Shown here one piece after another: positions 50,901 to 62,869 of a stretch of DNA of 64,000 bases (within the stretch, counting starts at the first letter, position 1; each line of letters starts with the position of its first letter). Position numbers and translations under genes: made by a program. The notes below the pieces were generated by a model. It was not told the DNA's origin, made no database searches, and saw only the letters and a program-made list of their open reading frames with translations. Source of the stretch: Podospora anserina (lineage: Eukaryota); the NCBI GenBank assembly GCA_017654855.1, contig CM030334.1, forward strand, positions 3,720,001 through 3,784,000, read 5' to 3'.

Positions 50901-52451
50901 GCTCGCAATCGACCCAACTTTGGAAATGCTGGCGAAATCGACATCCTGCTCGATGCAGCCAAGGCTCGCCACCAAAGACGTCTCAGCAGAGGCCAGGCGA
51001 AATCGGATAGTCTCTTCGAGGCCGTGGACTTTGATGAGAATTTCGACCGTGCAGACAAGTCGACTGCCAGCGTAAAGCAGTTATTTGAGGGCACAGTTGG
51101 GTGTGAGGAGACTGTGAGGCTTCTCGAGGGATACCAGGAAACAGTCCGCACGCTCAAGTCGCTTGATATGGACCCCAAGGAGAACATCCCATTCAACTTT
51201 CTCTTCCGAGGTCCACCTGGCACTGGCAAAACGACGACCGCGAAGAAGATGGGCAAGGTATTTTACGACATGGGATTCCTGTCAACTGCAGAAGTGGTGG
51301 AGTGCTCTGCTACTGACCTCATCGGACAATATGTCGGCCAGACGGGACCCAAGGTGCAACAGCTCTTGGACAAGGCTCTTGGGAAGGTGCTGTTTGTGGA
51401 TGAGGCGTATCGTCTCGCCGAGGGACATTTTGCCAAGGAAGCCATGGACGAACTGGTGGATTCCGTCACCAAGGACCGCTACGTCAAGAAGCTGATCATC
51501 ATTCTGGCGGGCTACGAAAAGGACATCAACCGCTTGATGTCCGTCAACTCGGGCCTCACCTCGCGCTTCCCAGCTGTGATTAATTTCCGATCGCTGACCG
51601 CCGATGAGTGTCTGAAACTTCTCTGCGAATTGCTCGGAAAGCAAAGGATGGGGCTCAAGAGCAGAGACAAGGATTTTGATCTCACATGCCTTGTTGCAGC
51701 AACGGCTACCTTCAGGCGGGAGGTCATCGCCTACTTTACCCACCTCGCCGCCCAAGACAACTGGGCCAGCGCGCGCGATGTTCAGAGTGTGTCCAGGGCC
51801 ATTTTCAACAGGATGTTGACAGACAAGACCGGGCTTGCCAGTGGCCGTCTGGTGCTGACCGAGGTCGTCGTGACTACCGAGCTGCGGACCATGCTGAATG
51901 AGCGGTCTTCTCGAAGCAACTTTGATGCGCCAAAGATCGACATCCAGGAGATACTCCGTCGATCGCAAGCCCCGCCGCCGCAGGGACTTTCTCATCGACC
52001 GGCTACCCGTACCACCACTGCCAATGAGATTCAGCAGACAAAGGTTGCAGCAGAACCGGTTGTTGAGGACAAAGAAGAAGAGCCACCCACTGTTCCCGAG
52101 ATCAGCACAACGGACCCAAACAACAAAGACTCTTGGATCAAGCGAGACGCAGGTGTCAGTGATGCGGTCTGGGAACAGCTTCAGCGGGATCGTCGGGCGG
52201 AGGAGGAGCGTGAGGACGAATACAGGCAGCTGTTGGAGGCCAAGGAGAAAGCGACTGAGGAGGCGAGGGAGAGGATTGTGGCCAGGTTGTTGGCGGAGGA
52301 AGCTAGAAGAAGGAAGGAGGAGACAATCAAGGAAAATTTGAAGGCCATGGGCGTTTGCCCTGTTGGGTACCCGTGGATTAAGCAAGATACGGGGTACAGG
52401 TGTGCCGGAGGGTCGCACTTTATTGGGAATGTTGATTTGGGAAATGTGTGA
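44938..52451 (+). CDS. ZNFX1-like SF1 (Upf1/NAM7) helicase + NFX1-type Zn region + coiled coil + three CbbX/SpoVK-type AAA+ domains (~2300 aa, 6 exons)
   Basis: GRHDND..DFR.I.I.PT, then helicase motifs GPPGTGKS, VEEAGE, GDHKQL, QHRM, TIDNYQGEE and RLNVLITRAR. A CGVHKCRSRCH segment follows, then three G(N/P)PGTGKT plus (I/V)DEAY sets. Introns at about 47894-47958, 48296-48642, 48805-48876, 49423-49475 and 50379-50466. Confidence 0.9.
48398..48540. repeat. Polypyrimidine (T/C) low-complexity tract inside intron 2 of the helicase gene
   Basis: Runs of TTTTC(C) repeated over about 140 bp. Confidence 0.8.
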
Positions 52452-52639
52452 GGTTCCGGTGTTCACGCTGTACTCTGTATGATGCTGGCAATTTGTGACA
52501 CAAATAGGAACACCACTTACACCGCTCAATGGCAACAGCCACTGCTTGATCAGGGTCGTGGATTAAGTACATCGTTAGGTATTTCTATCTACCTACCTAA
52601 TTACGTACTCTACACAAGAGAAATAATAGATAAGCTGAG

Positions 52640-52762
52640 ATAGGAACTTTTCTAGTTCAGATAGAGTTAGGATAGGAACTTTTATAGCTCGGATAAATTA
52701 AAAATAGGAGGCTTTATAGCTTAGCTAAAGCTAGGATAGGAGTTTTATCGCTTGGATAGAGT
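52640..52762. repeat. Degenerate 32-bp tandem repeat, about 4 copies
   Basis: Units start with ATAGGA at 52640, 52672, 52704 and 52736; approximate consensus ATAGGAACTTTTATAGCTCGGATAGAGTTAGG. Confidence 0.8.
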
Positions 52763-52889
52763 CCTATTGAAGTTTGGATTTATAATTAAAAAAACGGTAG
52801 GAAGAAAGTTATTGCGTAATCTTGTTAAACCAGATCGTCCTTTACTCTACTTCAAGTTTCCTGCCATTACCTCCTCGGAAACCTTGACC

Positions 52890-53395
52890 AAGGCTTCGTT
52901 GTCAGAGGTGCCGTGGTTACTAGTTTTGGACAACGTGGACGATCCGAAGCTTATTGGTTCCTACCTCCCTTCAACAGACTCGGGCTCTATCCTCATGGCC
53001 GTCAGAAATACGTCGACACATTTCACGCCAGCAAAATAGACTTGGGTTGTTCAGCCGCTCGGTAGGGAGGAGAGCCCTACGCTTTTAATGAGTCAGCTTG
53101 CCCTCGACGAGGCGATCACCAGCCGAGCGGAGGAAGATACCAAGGCAGCAGGCGAAATTTTCAAAGAGCTTTGCGGCTTTCGTTTGGCTATAACTCAAGT
53201 CGCCGGATTCGTCACCAACGCAAATTGTAGCCTGGTTGAGATGGTGACGATGTTCAAGAGTTTGTTTGATGTGAAGGCCATCCTTCAGAACCAGCAGGGA
53301 CCCGTCGATGCCTTGTAGCACGAGCACACCCTATCCAACGTCTGGGATGTCACGTTTTCGAGGCTCAAACAGCCAGTCAGAGATCTGCTTGGAGA
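52890..53395 (+). pseudogene. Internal fragment of an NB-ARC (NLR) gene
   Basis: One frame reads WLLVLDNVDD...GSILMAVRN...*...ELCGFRLAITQVAGFV...*HEHTLSNVWDVTFSRL (Walker B, sensor, GxPLA-like, WHD). It has two TAG stops and no P-loop. Confidence 0.8.
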
Positions 53396-54542
53396 CGTGG
53401 TGGAATGTAACCACCGGCGCATGCCGTGGTATTCGGTCGAGAACCCTTCAATCACCTACGCATATGGCGGCACGGAGAAAATTGTAACTAAGCTTGTAGT
53501 TAAGTTGTATTGCAGAAATCCAAAAGGGCCGGTTGGTGTAGTGAAGCTATGGTGTTGGACCCGTGATAATGGTGAAGATATGGGAAGAAGCGATGAAACA
53601 GAGGGATCAGAACGTCTCCCCATCTGACCTTTCTATCATCAATCACTCCTCATCCCAATAGATTGTGCCTACCTTGTAACCACGCTCAAACACGCCCGTT
53701 TCGAATTCTCATCACGCTGGTCATATCTCAAACTCCATCGCTCCACAAAGGTTCTCATGTACTACATCATTTCCATAGAGGTTCTCAACCATCTGCATCA
53801 AGGTTCTCATACACCCATGCTTAAAGCAAGGCACTATGCATCCCCCTTGCGGACTCGACTTCTTCACCATCCATCATCAACAACAACAACCTCAACCACT
53901 AATCCTCACAAGGTTCAACACAGTACTCAACCCTCCCAACCCATTAACATGAGCGAGAACAACCCCCTCTCCCAAGACCCTCAGTCCCCCTCCTAGCCCT
54001 ACAAAGGCGAAGATCACCATTTCTGCCTCCAGCACCGATGTCCTGTCAAGCACTACCACAGCTCGTGACGAGGACGCCTCCGAGTCCGACTCCGGTTACG
54101 GGAGCTTCCCGGATTTCAAATGCAACGACGGAAACAAACCTAAAACCCCAGCTGTCGCGGCTTGGGAGGATAGTTCCGGCAACACACGACGTTAATGACC
54201 CAGCCGCGGCGTGGCACTGGAGCCATTGCCCACTGTGATATTGGTCCCAGCTGTAGGGTCTAGAATGGCGGGATGTCGACAGCGTTGGAAGAGAAACTCC
54301 AGAAAAAAAAGAAAGAAAAAACCGTGGTGATTTACATTGCATGATGTTATGGAGCCGAGCTTGGGGGTTCACCGAGTTGAGCTGGCTGTCTGGAATATGT
54401 AGTAGATATTAGTGCAGCTATGCGAAGGACGTTTTCCCAAGGTAGCAATCCAAGATTTTGTTCTTTTAACATTGTGAGACCAGCCATAGTGACACCCCGA
54501 CACGCTGACAAATTTTCCTCCCCGAAAGGTTGCAAAGACGCC

Positions 54543-57500
54543 CTAAACATTATTATCAGACCCCCGAACTGTAAGCCCTGCAGGGCTTCCACTTCCATCG
54601 TCCCCGTTCAGCTGGCTTCCGTTCATGTCTTGCGCAGATCTGTTATCTCTCTCTTCATGATGTGACACTCTTGGATGGGCGCTAGTCGATCCACCAGCGT
54701 TGGGTGGCGTGTCGCGAGGCCATGTGCTCACTCGAAGACGCGGGGACTTATCCCGTCGCCGTTTATCCCAGGACCGTCGACCCGCGGTATTGCGTCGCTG
54801 CTCCTGTCCCATTTCTGTGAAGAAGTGAACAGTTTGTATTCCATTCCCATTGGCATGCCTGGTAGGTTTCCCCTGATCTTTGTCCTCATCTTGGGAGTCC
54901 TTTCCGTCCCTGCCTTTCTTTCCCTTCCCATCCTCTTTCTGCTTCTTCTTTTGACTTCGTTGGTTCCGACGCAGCTTCTTCGCCCTCCTCACCTCTTCCT
55001 TCATGTCCTGCACCATTTTCTCCGTTTTCTGCATCATCGAAGTCGAGCACCACTCGTCACTAAAGGTGAGCCAGAATCGATAGAGACCGGAGTATATAAG
55101 CACCGAGGTGGTGAACAGTTTGAACAGAGACCATATGAAGGCGCGAAGGAGGTTGGAAAAGGCAATGACTACGGAAAGGAAAATGACGCCAAAGGAAATG
55201 GGCACTGCCGTAGGTTAGGCCGGGAAACTACAGAATAATCCGGGGAGGACTTTGAGGGGATCTTACAAATGAACTTTAGTTGCTCCCATACACTCCATGG
55301 ATTATCGCTGCCGCCAAATTCGTAATTGTTCATGCCAAATATCGAGGCAATAAATGACAAGGGGAGCTATTGCCGCAGTTAGCCAGAGCGTTTCCTTAGT
55401 TGCCATAGCTCAAGTGTCACGAGTTGCAGTTACTTACAAAGATAATAGTGATGACAGTAAACATCATGATAGCCCGCCCCTGGCGAACTGCCTCTTCGGC
55501 TTGCTTGACCGATTCCCATGCCTGAACGACACTTGCCTGTTGTTGCTTGAGAGACAGAAGATCGGTGACCTGACCTCGGAATTAGTGACTTGTATGGCGG
55601 TGTAGTAGCTGGTCAAACTCACACTTTGGGCCGTACTCTCAGCCCCCTTCTTCAGCCCCTCAAGCTCATCAAGTCGATCGTCCACTTCGGCAAGAAGTTC
55701 TTGAGACTGCATTCGAAACCACAGAAGCTGGTCGCGCTTCTCCTCCATTTTGATATACTTTTCCATGTTCTCAGTGGTACTGTGTGCCCTTCTTGACGTC
55801 CCTCGGTCATGTTGGACAGCGCCTTCCTTCCACCGGCCGTCGGGATCGAGAATGTGCTCTACATGCTTGCAAAATCGTTTGATCACCTCTCTCTGCTTCT
55901 TGTGAACATGAATCATGATGTCGAGCTCATCAATGATGTCCTTGACCTCTCTTTGCAGCTTCCCTTCTGGGTGAATGTCCAAGAGGGGCACGTGCAGGTC
56001 AGATGAGTCGATGTACTTGGATCTCGAGCGGTAGATTTTGGATGCCTTTTGTGTCCAATGCCAGACATGTTGGAAGGATATCGTGTGTTGATTCGTCTTG
56101 CAACACGTCTAAGTAAAAGAAGCCCGCCAAGAGTCTCAAGAGGACGAACTTACCACATTACCAATAGCTTCTGAAAAGATGTCCATCACCTGTGGTTGGC
56201 TGTCCTGCGACAGTATTAGCTGAAATCACTCAAAGATTGCTGAAGGAAAACAAACCTCAGTCTTGGTTCGATCAAAGAAGGTGTTGCAACATTCGTCGAG
56301 GATGATCAGAGCCAAGTCATACACCGACCTGACCTGATTCTTGCGGGCAAACTTCAGCCTTTGACGAATAGACTTGTGCACCCCCGAAAGATCCTGCTTG
56401 TTGAACCCGTAGCGCTTGGGAAATGAGGTGATAATTGTCTTCTCGTCCAAAACCCACATCCAGAGCTGATCGACCATCACGAGCTGAGAAATTTTGCGAA
56501 TGTCACTCCGGCAGTGCTCGCAGCCATGTTTATCCGTCTTGTCCCAGTGGTCAGTCCACTTCAGTGTGACGTCGACATTGTCGTTATCCGAGCTTTGATG
56601 GAATACTCCCTTGAGCCGGCTCCATGGACCGGACTCTGTTGTAGTTGGCTGTGGCTCGAGTCGGTGACAAAAATCCAGATTCATATTTGTTCCCCGATAG
56701 ACAACCTGGTCCCTGTCTCGGACCTTGGTGGTCTTCAAGGTCCAGTAGTAGGACTGATCAAGCGTTCGGCGGGGGTGAAGAGGTGGATCATGGTACAGAT
56801 ACTTCTCCAGCATTCGTTGGTCTCGATAAGTAGATATGGCTTCGTAGAGTCTTGCCGCGTCAATCAGGTACTGTCCGAGAGGATTGTTGATCTTGAGCCT
56901 GCCATTGTCATCTATTTCAATCCGCTGTTTGCTTCTACCGACAGAAACAAGTCTGTTCATCAAATCAGCCAGATCGTTCACACCTTGTGACGGGGCCGTC
57001 GAGCGCTTCTGGTCGCCGCTCTGAGTCGTCTTTTCATCGTTTTGATCTCTGTTATCTGTGTGTAATATGCGCTTCGCACCCGGCTCCAAGTCCTTCCTCT
57101 GTTCTATGCGTGTCTTGCGTTTCTCGTAGGCGATGTTTTCGTTTCTTCTGCGCTGCTGCTCCGACTCGATATCAATCATCTTCGCCATCTTGTTTCTCAT
57201 TCTGTCGGTATCCCAGTGTAGATAGGGCATCTGTGTCGAGACATAGGGTCAGTGATACTCGAGCAGAGGTGTGGAGAGTTTGGTTGACGGACGAAGAGGA
57301 CTATATTCTTTGGATTATCTTCAATTTCGGTAACCTCTGCAGCAATGTCAGGTTGACTTTTCTTGGGTTTCGGATGATTGTCATCACATACCAGACGATA
57401 TTCTCTCACAGAGAGGTCTCATATGTCTCGCATGCACAACACCACTTCGAGCTCCATGTTGCTGACCACGCCAAAACTGAGGCCTCAGAAGCATCTGAGT

Positions 57501-58891
57501 GTGTGTCTTGACAGATCGATCCCTTGATGCGTTGCTGAGGTCAATGTTGAGATGGCTTTCACCATAGTATCTAGCTATCGCTTTCTAGGATTGGCATAAG
57601 TCAATGTTCATTCATCAATAAAAGGGAAAGCAGACTGTACCTCGACCCACTATGTACCGGGTTAGCATCTCAGAACAACGCACTTTAGCAGCGGTTAATT
57701 AGGACAACTCACGTGCATGTTGTTGGACGGCAGATGGAAATATCGTATTCTTGTAGGGTCGTCGACCTTGATAACATCCCTAGCAAGAATACTAGGCCCC
57801 GGTGCGGGAGATGACTCCGAATCTCCGTCTGCACCAAGAACAATGTTCATAGCTAGACGCTGGTCCGGAAATCTACCCTTGAATCTTGGATCTTGAAGTT
57901 CCTCCTCGTAAGGTTCGAGATACTGAACATGCGAGCTCTGTGTTGGTGAAAAAGTCGGTGCTCGGCTAGTTGTGCCGTTGTGAAAGGTCTCCCGTGTTGG
58001 TGACGACGTTAGTGTCCTTGAGCGAGAATCCGTGGTGGGTACTGCGTTTAGTGCTGTAGATGTCCAGTCCTCGGCTTTCTTGCGTGTGTACTGAATGAGG
58101 TATGCGTTTACATCTCGCTCGAGATCGTACTCTGCTGATTTGGAATCGGTTGCCGGTGTGCTTTTGCGAATGCGTTCCACTATCTTTCCGACCTCTTCCC
58201 GTCCGGGCTCTGGTCTTGATTCGGGGTCAACATTAGGGAGCCGTGCTGCTGTACTAGGTGGATTCTCGGCGATTGGTCTATTGCGCTTCCATGCTTGAAC
58301 CTTCTCCAAGCCGGCCAGATATGACGTTGATCCCCTCCAGTTCTTCCCACTTTCTTCAACACAAGTCACAAAGTGATCAGTTCTCGTGATGTTCGTTGAT
58401 TCCTGCAAGCAGGGCCCGCTTGGTACTGTTCCCTTGACAGCCTGTCGAAGGATGTCGGTTCTTCTGTACTGAGCTTCAATTGCGACAGCGGTGCTCTCGA
58501 TCGTCTTATCTCTACGCTGTTTTGCGGCTCGTGTAATCTCATCGTCTGGACGCTTTCCATTTTCGGGGAGCGATTTCAGATACTCCTTCTCAAGGAGGAA
58601 CTCATGCTGCCAGATAGGGCTGTTGTCGGGGTCAAGAAAGTAACTGGCACGGTCTGCGATGTTGATGCATCCAAAATAATGCTTGGTGTGATCTCTGATA
58701 GCCTCTGGAGGGTGGTCCTCGGAAGAAAAGCATGTCGGGGGTGCGGATTCGGAGTCAAAAGCGCGTGTGACCGAGTGATGCCCCGGCTTTAGGACACCGG
58801 GATTCTGGCTCCTTGCTTTGGGGGCCCGACGCTGGTAATGCTGGTGTAAATGTCGAGATGCCATCGTGGTCTGCCAGTTGTCTCGAGTCAT
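54543..58891 (-). CDS. Large fungal CorA-like (GMN motif) membrane protein, multi-exon
   Basis: Motifs YFHLPSNNM, MPYLHWDTD, LHPRRTLDQSYY, VMVDQLWMW, EVKDIIDEL and SFIASIFGMN, with two C-terminal TM helices and several GT-AG introns. Confidence 0.8.
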
Positions 58892-60341
58892 AGGGCTGAG
58901 TAGATCTCTCTCCAGGGGAGCGACCGGTTCTATATAAGGAGGTCCGCTGTACCGAGGCCGACATATTTGCCCGCTGGCTCCGACAGGTTATATGGACGAG
59001 GCTCTGGATAAGCCGCTTGACGATCGGTGAAGTGATGGTGAATCACGGGATTGCGCAAGAAGTTCATGTTCGTAAATGGAACCCTGCATGTCCCAACATC
59101 CCGGGCTGAGTGTAGCGGCCAATCGTGCGGGCACCTTCATGACACAGCTGGGCATATTGGGTGATGGCGGCGGCGTAGCTTCTGCAGTTCGTCCAAACTA
59201 GCAATTGGCCAATAATCTCACTGATGCTCCCAGCCGTGTCACAAAAGGAGAGGCGATGGTGTGGTTGCACTCAGGGGAAGAGGGTGTTGTCGACGAGGCT
59301 CCGGAGAGACTCCAAAACCGGATAACAATTCAAACATGGAAACACGGTGACGAGAGTGTTACCAGAAACAGAAATGCGAATTGGGGGCTGAAGTCAACGG
59401 ATCTTGATGGATGGCATGGCGAGGCTCGCAGTTGCCGTCTGCTGTCAGGCAGCCCCTCCATCCCCCGCCCGTTGTAAATTCTTATCTGCCCCTCACTTCA
59501 CACATTAATTCACGAATCAATCGATCTTGATTTTTCCCCAAGATCTATCACAGCTTTTACTGTCCCACCCCGGCTATAGTAGCTCTTTGCTTGGGCCAAT
59601 GTGCGATTTCTTCACCATAGCATTTATGATAGTCAATCTCGGCCTGCATGACTCCTACCTTAGCTTTCTGTTTTTACGATCCTGCCCGTCTTCTTATTTT
59701 GAATAACTCTCAGATCATACCGGGTATCTTACCTAGGAAATTACCGTTTTCTGGGCTATTTATTGTACAGGAGCCTTGCTGGTTCTGACGTTGAAGAAGC
59801 CCTGACGGGAATCAGGCTCATCTCATGCATAACTATATCCATGGCTCCAACAGGCATTAGATGAGTGTGCACAATACTCCCCACAGGTATTAATTGTTCC
59901 TGATAACTGTGGGAAACGAAGAGTGAACAAACGTTCGGTGATTGAGTCGCAATCCACCAAAGCTTAGAAGTTGCCCCTGAGCTAACGATATGCAGTTCCT
60001 GACACGATCCCAACCGGGGCGGGGAAGCTCTTCGGATCAAGATACGTCATGCATTCAGCTTTGACGGCCTCGGAGGGCGAAGACATGATCACATAAGAGC
60101 TGATTCCCTCTTTTCTTTCTCCAAGGGGATTTTGACTCGTTCTCGGAGGATTTGACATAATTGAGAGGAAATGGTACAACGATTGGTGGCTCGACGTGCC
60201 AACGCGACCCTTTTGCCTGCTCCCCGTTGCACCGCAAGAGTCAACCCATTTACTGGCCCTGCTGTTGTGTTTGCGTGTCACCAACCGCAAGCCCGAACCA
60301 TCAAATCCACGGCTGTGTCCAAAGGCGTGGTGTCGAACACG

Positions 60342-61492
60342 ATGCAGAAATTGGGGGTAGGTCTTCGCATGCCTACCTACACTGAAGAAGGGAGACTGAC
60401 AGAGCTAAACGTACAGGATACGCTCGCCGAAAACTTCGGCGGAGCATTCACGAAGCTCGGCTCCCGACAATTCAAGCTCGATGATTGCCCTGATCTGACC
60501 GAAAAGGTGGGTGTTGTGACGGGAGGCAGCCAAGGGATTGGGTTCGGCGTGGCATATACCCTCCTCAAGCACAACATCAGTAAGCTCTACATAATTTCCG
60601 TCAACAAGGAGGTCTTTGAGGGTGCCAAAGCCGTCATCTCCGATGAACTGGGACAAGACAAGGCTGCCCGGATGGTCTGGATGAAGTGTGACCTTGTAAG
60701 TTGTCCCTTTGCTCCGGTGTTGACACTCACTGAGAAGAAACAACATAGAGCGACTGGCGGCGGGTCAAAGAAGTAGCCGAGATGATCAAGCGCGACAATA
60801 ACCGGCTCGACATCCTCGTCAACAACTCGGGTCGAGGCATCATGTCAGCCGAGCTCACCTCATATGGAGTCGACAGGCACATGGCAGTCAACCACATGGG
60901 CCACGTCGTCCTCACATCCCATCTGCTACCCTTGATGCAAAAGACGGCCGAGGAAGGAAACATTGTGAGAATCAGCAACCAGAGCTCCAATCTGCATACC
61001 GGTGCTCCCAAGGACACCAAGTTCGCTTCGCTGGACGAGATCAACCAGGACGTCGGACCCAATGCGCAGTACGGAAGGAGCAAGCTGGCGGGGATACTCT
61101 ACTCGCGATACTTCAACCGCAAGGTAACGCAAAATGGGCACCCAAATGTGCTCATGAACGCTACACACCCAGGCTTCGTGAGCACCAAGCAGAGTAGGGA
61201 GGATATTCTCGAGCCGTATCCCTTGGGTGGGTACGTGATGAAGTACGGCATAGAACCGATTAAGAAGGACCAGTTTGAGGGAGCCGTGCCTACCGTGTTC
61301 TGCGCAACCAAGATCAAGGATTCAGGCCAGTATATCTGCCCGCCTTGCATCCCTGAAGAGGGCAGCCCAATGTCGCAAGATGATGAGCTGGCGGATAGAT
61401 TGATGGAGTTGACGAGGAATATCATCACTGAGAAGACGAGAGTGGACTCGGTGGAGAGAGGATGTCCAATGGATGATGTTGTTGTACATTAA
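60342..61492 (+). CDS. Short-chain dehydrogenase/reductase (retinol dehydrogenase-like)
   Basis: Motifs TGGSQGIG, LDILVNNSG, YGRSK and HPGFV, with two introns. The start codon is uncertain. Confidence 0.88.
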
Positions 61493-62869
61493 TGGTCGGT
61501 TTTCGGGCGTTGAGCAGCCCCTTTTACCCCTGAGTTCAAGTCAGACCAAGATCTTCAATCAGCAACGACAGCCAAGCAGCGAAGGCGGGGGCACAAAACT
61601 GCACCATGCAGGCCATAAGGGGATATCAACCACCAACGAAAGCGGCGTAGACAAGAGGTCTCAAACGGAAGAATTTATTTGATGCTAGTTATTGGTGAAA
61701 GACGTTGCTGCATATGCATTCGAGGAAACTCAATGGTAACACACTGCTCGACATCCCAGAACGAAACAATGTTCATTTGTCGATGATGATGATGTGCCGA
61801 GCTCTGACCGCCTCCAGCAGCCTGAGTGGGGTTGTATTCGGAACCAGCTTCCAGCACACTGGAACCGAGTGATGGTTGTTCTGATTGGCCGGTATTTGAA
61901 ACGGTCCCTGCCGAGAAAGTTTGCGAAGGAGGGGTCACAGCCCGAAGCCTGTCCTGCTCAGCCCTATGATGGAATTGAGATGATGGGAGAGGTGGGATCA
62001 GAAGAAGGGCCATTGGTGTCGAATCCTATCCTCAGGAGCCGGTACTCCGTGTGGGTGGTGAACCGCAATTGGAGATGTGAGGTGAGCAGTGGGGGGTGGA
62101 ATGGGCTCAACGTCAAAGCTGCGGTTCAAGGTGTCACCCTGCAGTGACCCACTGGTGCCTGCACGCCACATCCAACGCTAAGCCAGAACAAGCACAATCC
62201 CTAAAGTCCCTGGAATTCATTGGCTCTGCCCCACGCCAATGGAACAGCAATTGACTTTGACTTTCATCCTTCCTGCCCGCCATTGCTTCTTCTTGCAACA
62301 AATCCTTTATTTTTTTGTTGTTGTTTTTTGCTACTTCTCTGTAAATCCCCGTTGCCCTCGGACAATCTCTTCTCCTTTTTCCTCTGACTCATTGTTGCAT
62401 CACGGCTGGTCCTGTCTCTCGCTGATCTCGAATACCTCATCGATTGGCCGCTCCGTCGTTCCTCGTTCCTCGTTCCCCGTCTTGCGTCCTTCGTGCCACC
62501 GCCATTGTTTCCTAGCCATCGCGACTTGCTCATTCCTCAAAGTTCCGAGACACAGTCGCACCAATCTCACTTTTCCTCATGACTTGAAGGCTTCTTGGGG
62601 GTCCAACGGCCGCGATTGCCACCCCTTTGCAAAGAGGTCAGGGGATTCGATAAAGCCTGGTTCTGGTTGTGACGTTGGAAACAGAACACATACCGGCATC
62701 ATCCTGGGGACTACTTACCCCTTCCTTTATATCGAACTGACTGGTCACCTTTGTGAGGTACGAAACGCGAGGGCTTCGGCCGTTTGTCGCCCCTCGCACC
62801 CAGCTGACATCGGCAATCGACCCACCCCAGCCCTGGTACCCAAAACAGCTTCGTTTGTGTCTGCCCAAC

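Noticed and set aside
51282-52535. 417 aa antisense ORF, and similar antisense ORFs over other genes
   Set aside because: Shadow frames opposite well-supported genes, with no recognisable motifs.
52640-52762. CRISPR-like array
   Set aside because: Contiguous degenerate tandem units without unique spacers, in a eukaryotic context with no cas genes.
53949-54195. Small His/Cys-containing gene relic (MSENNPLSQDPQSPS*PYKGEDHHFCLQHRCPVKHYH)
   Set aside because: Coding-like but broken and unassignable; too weak to call.
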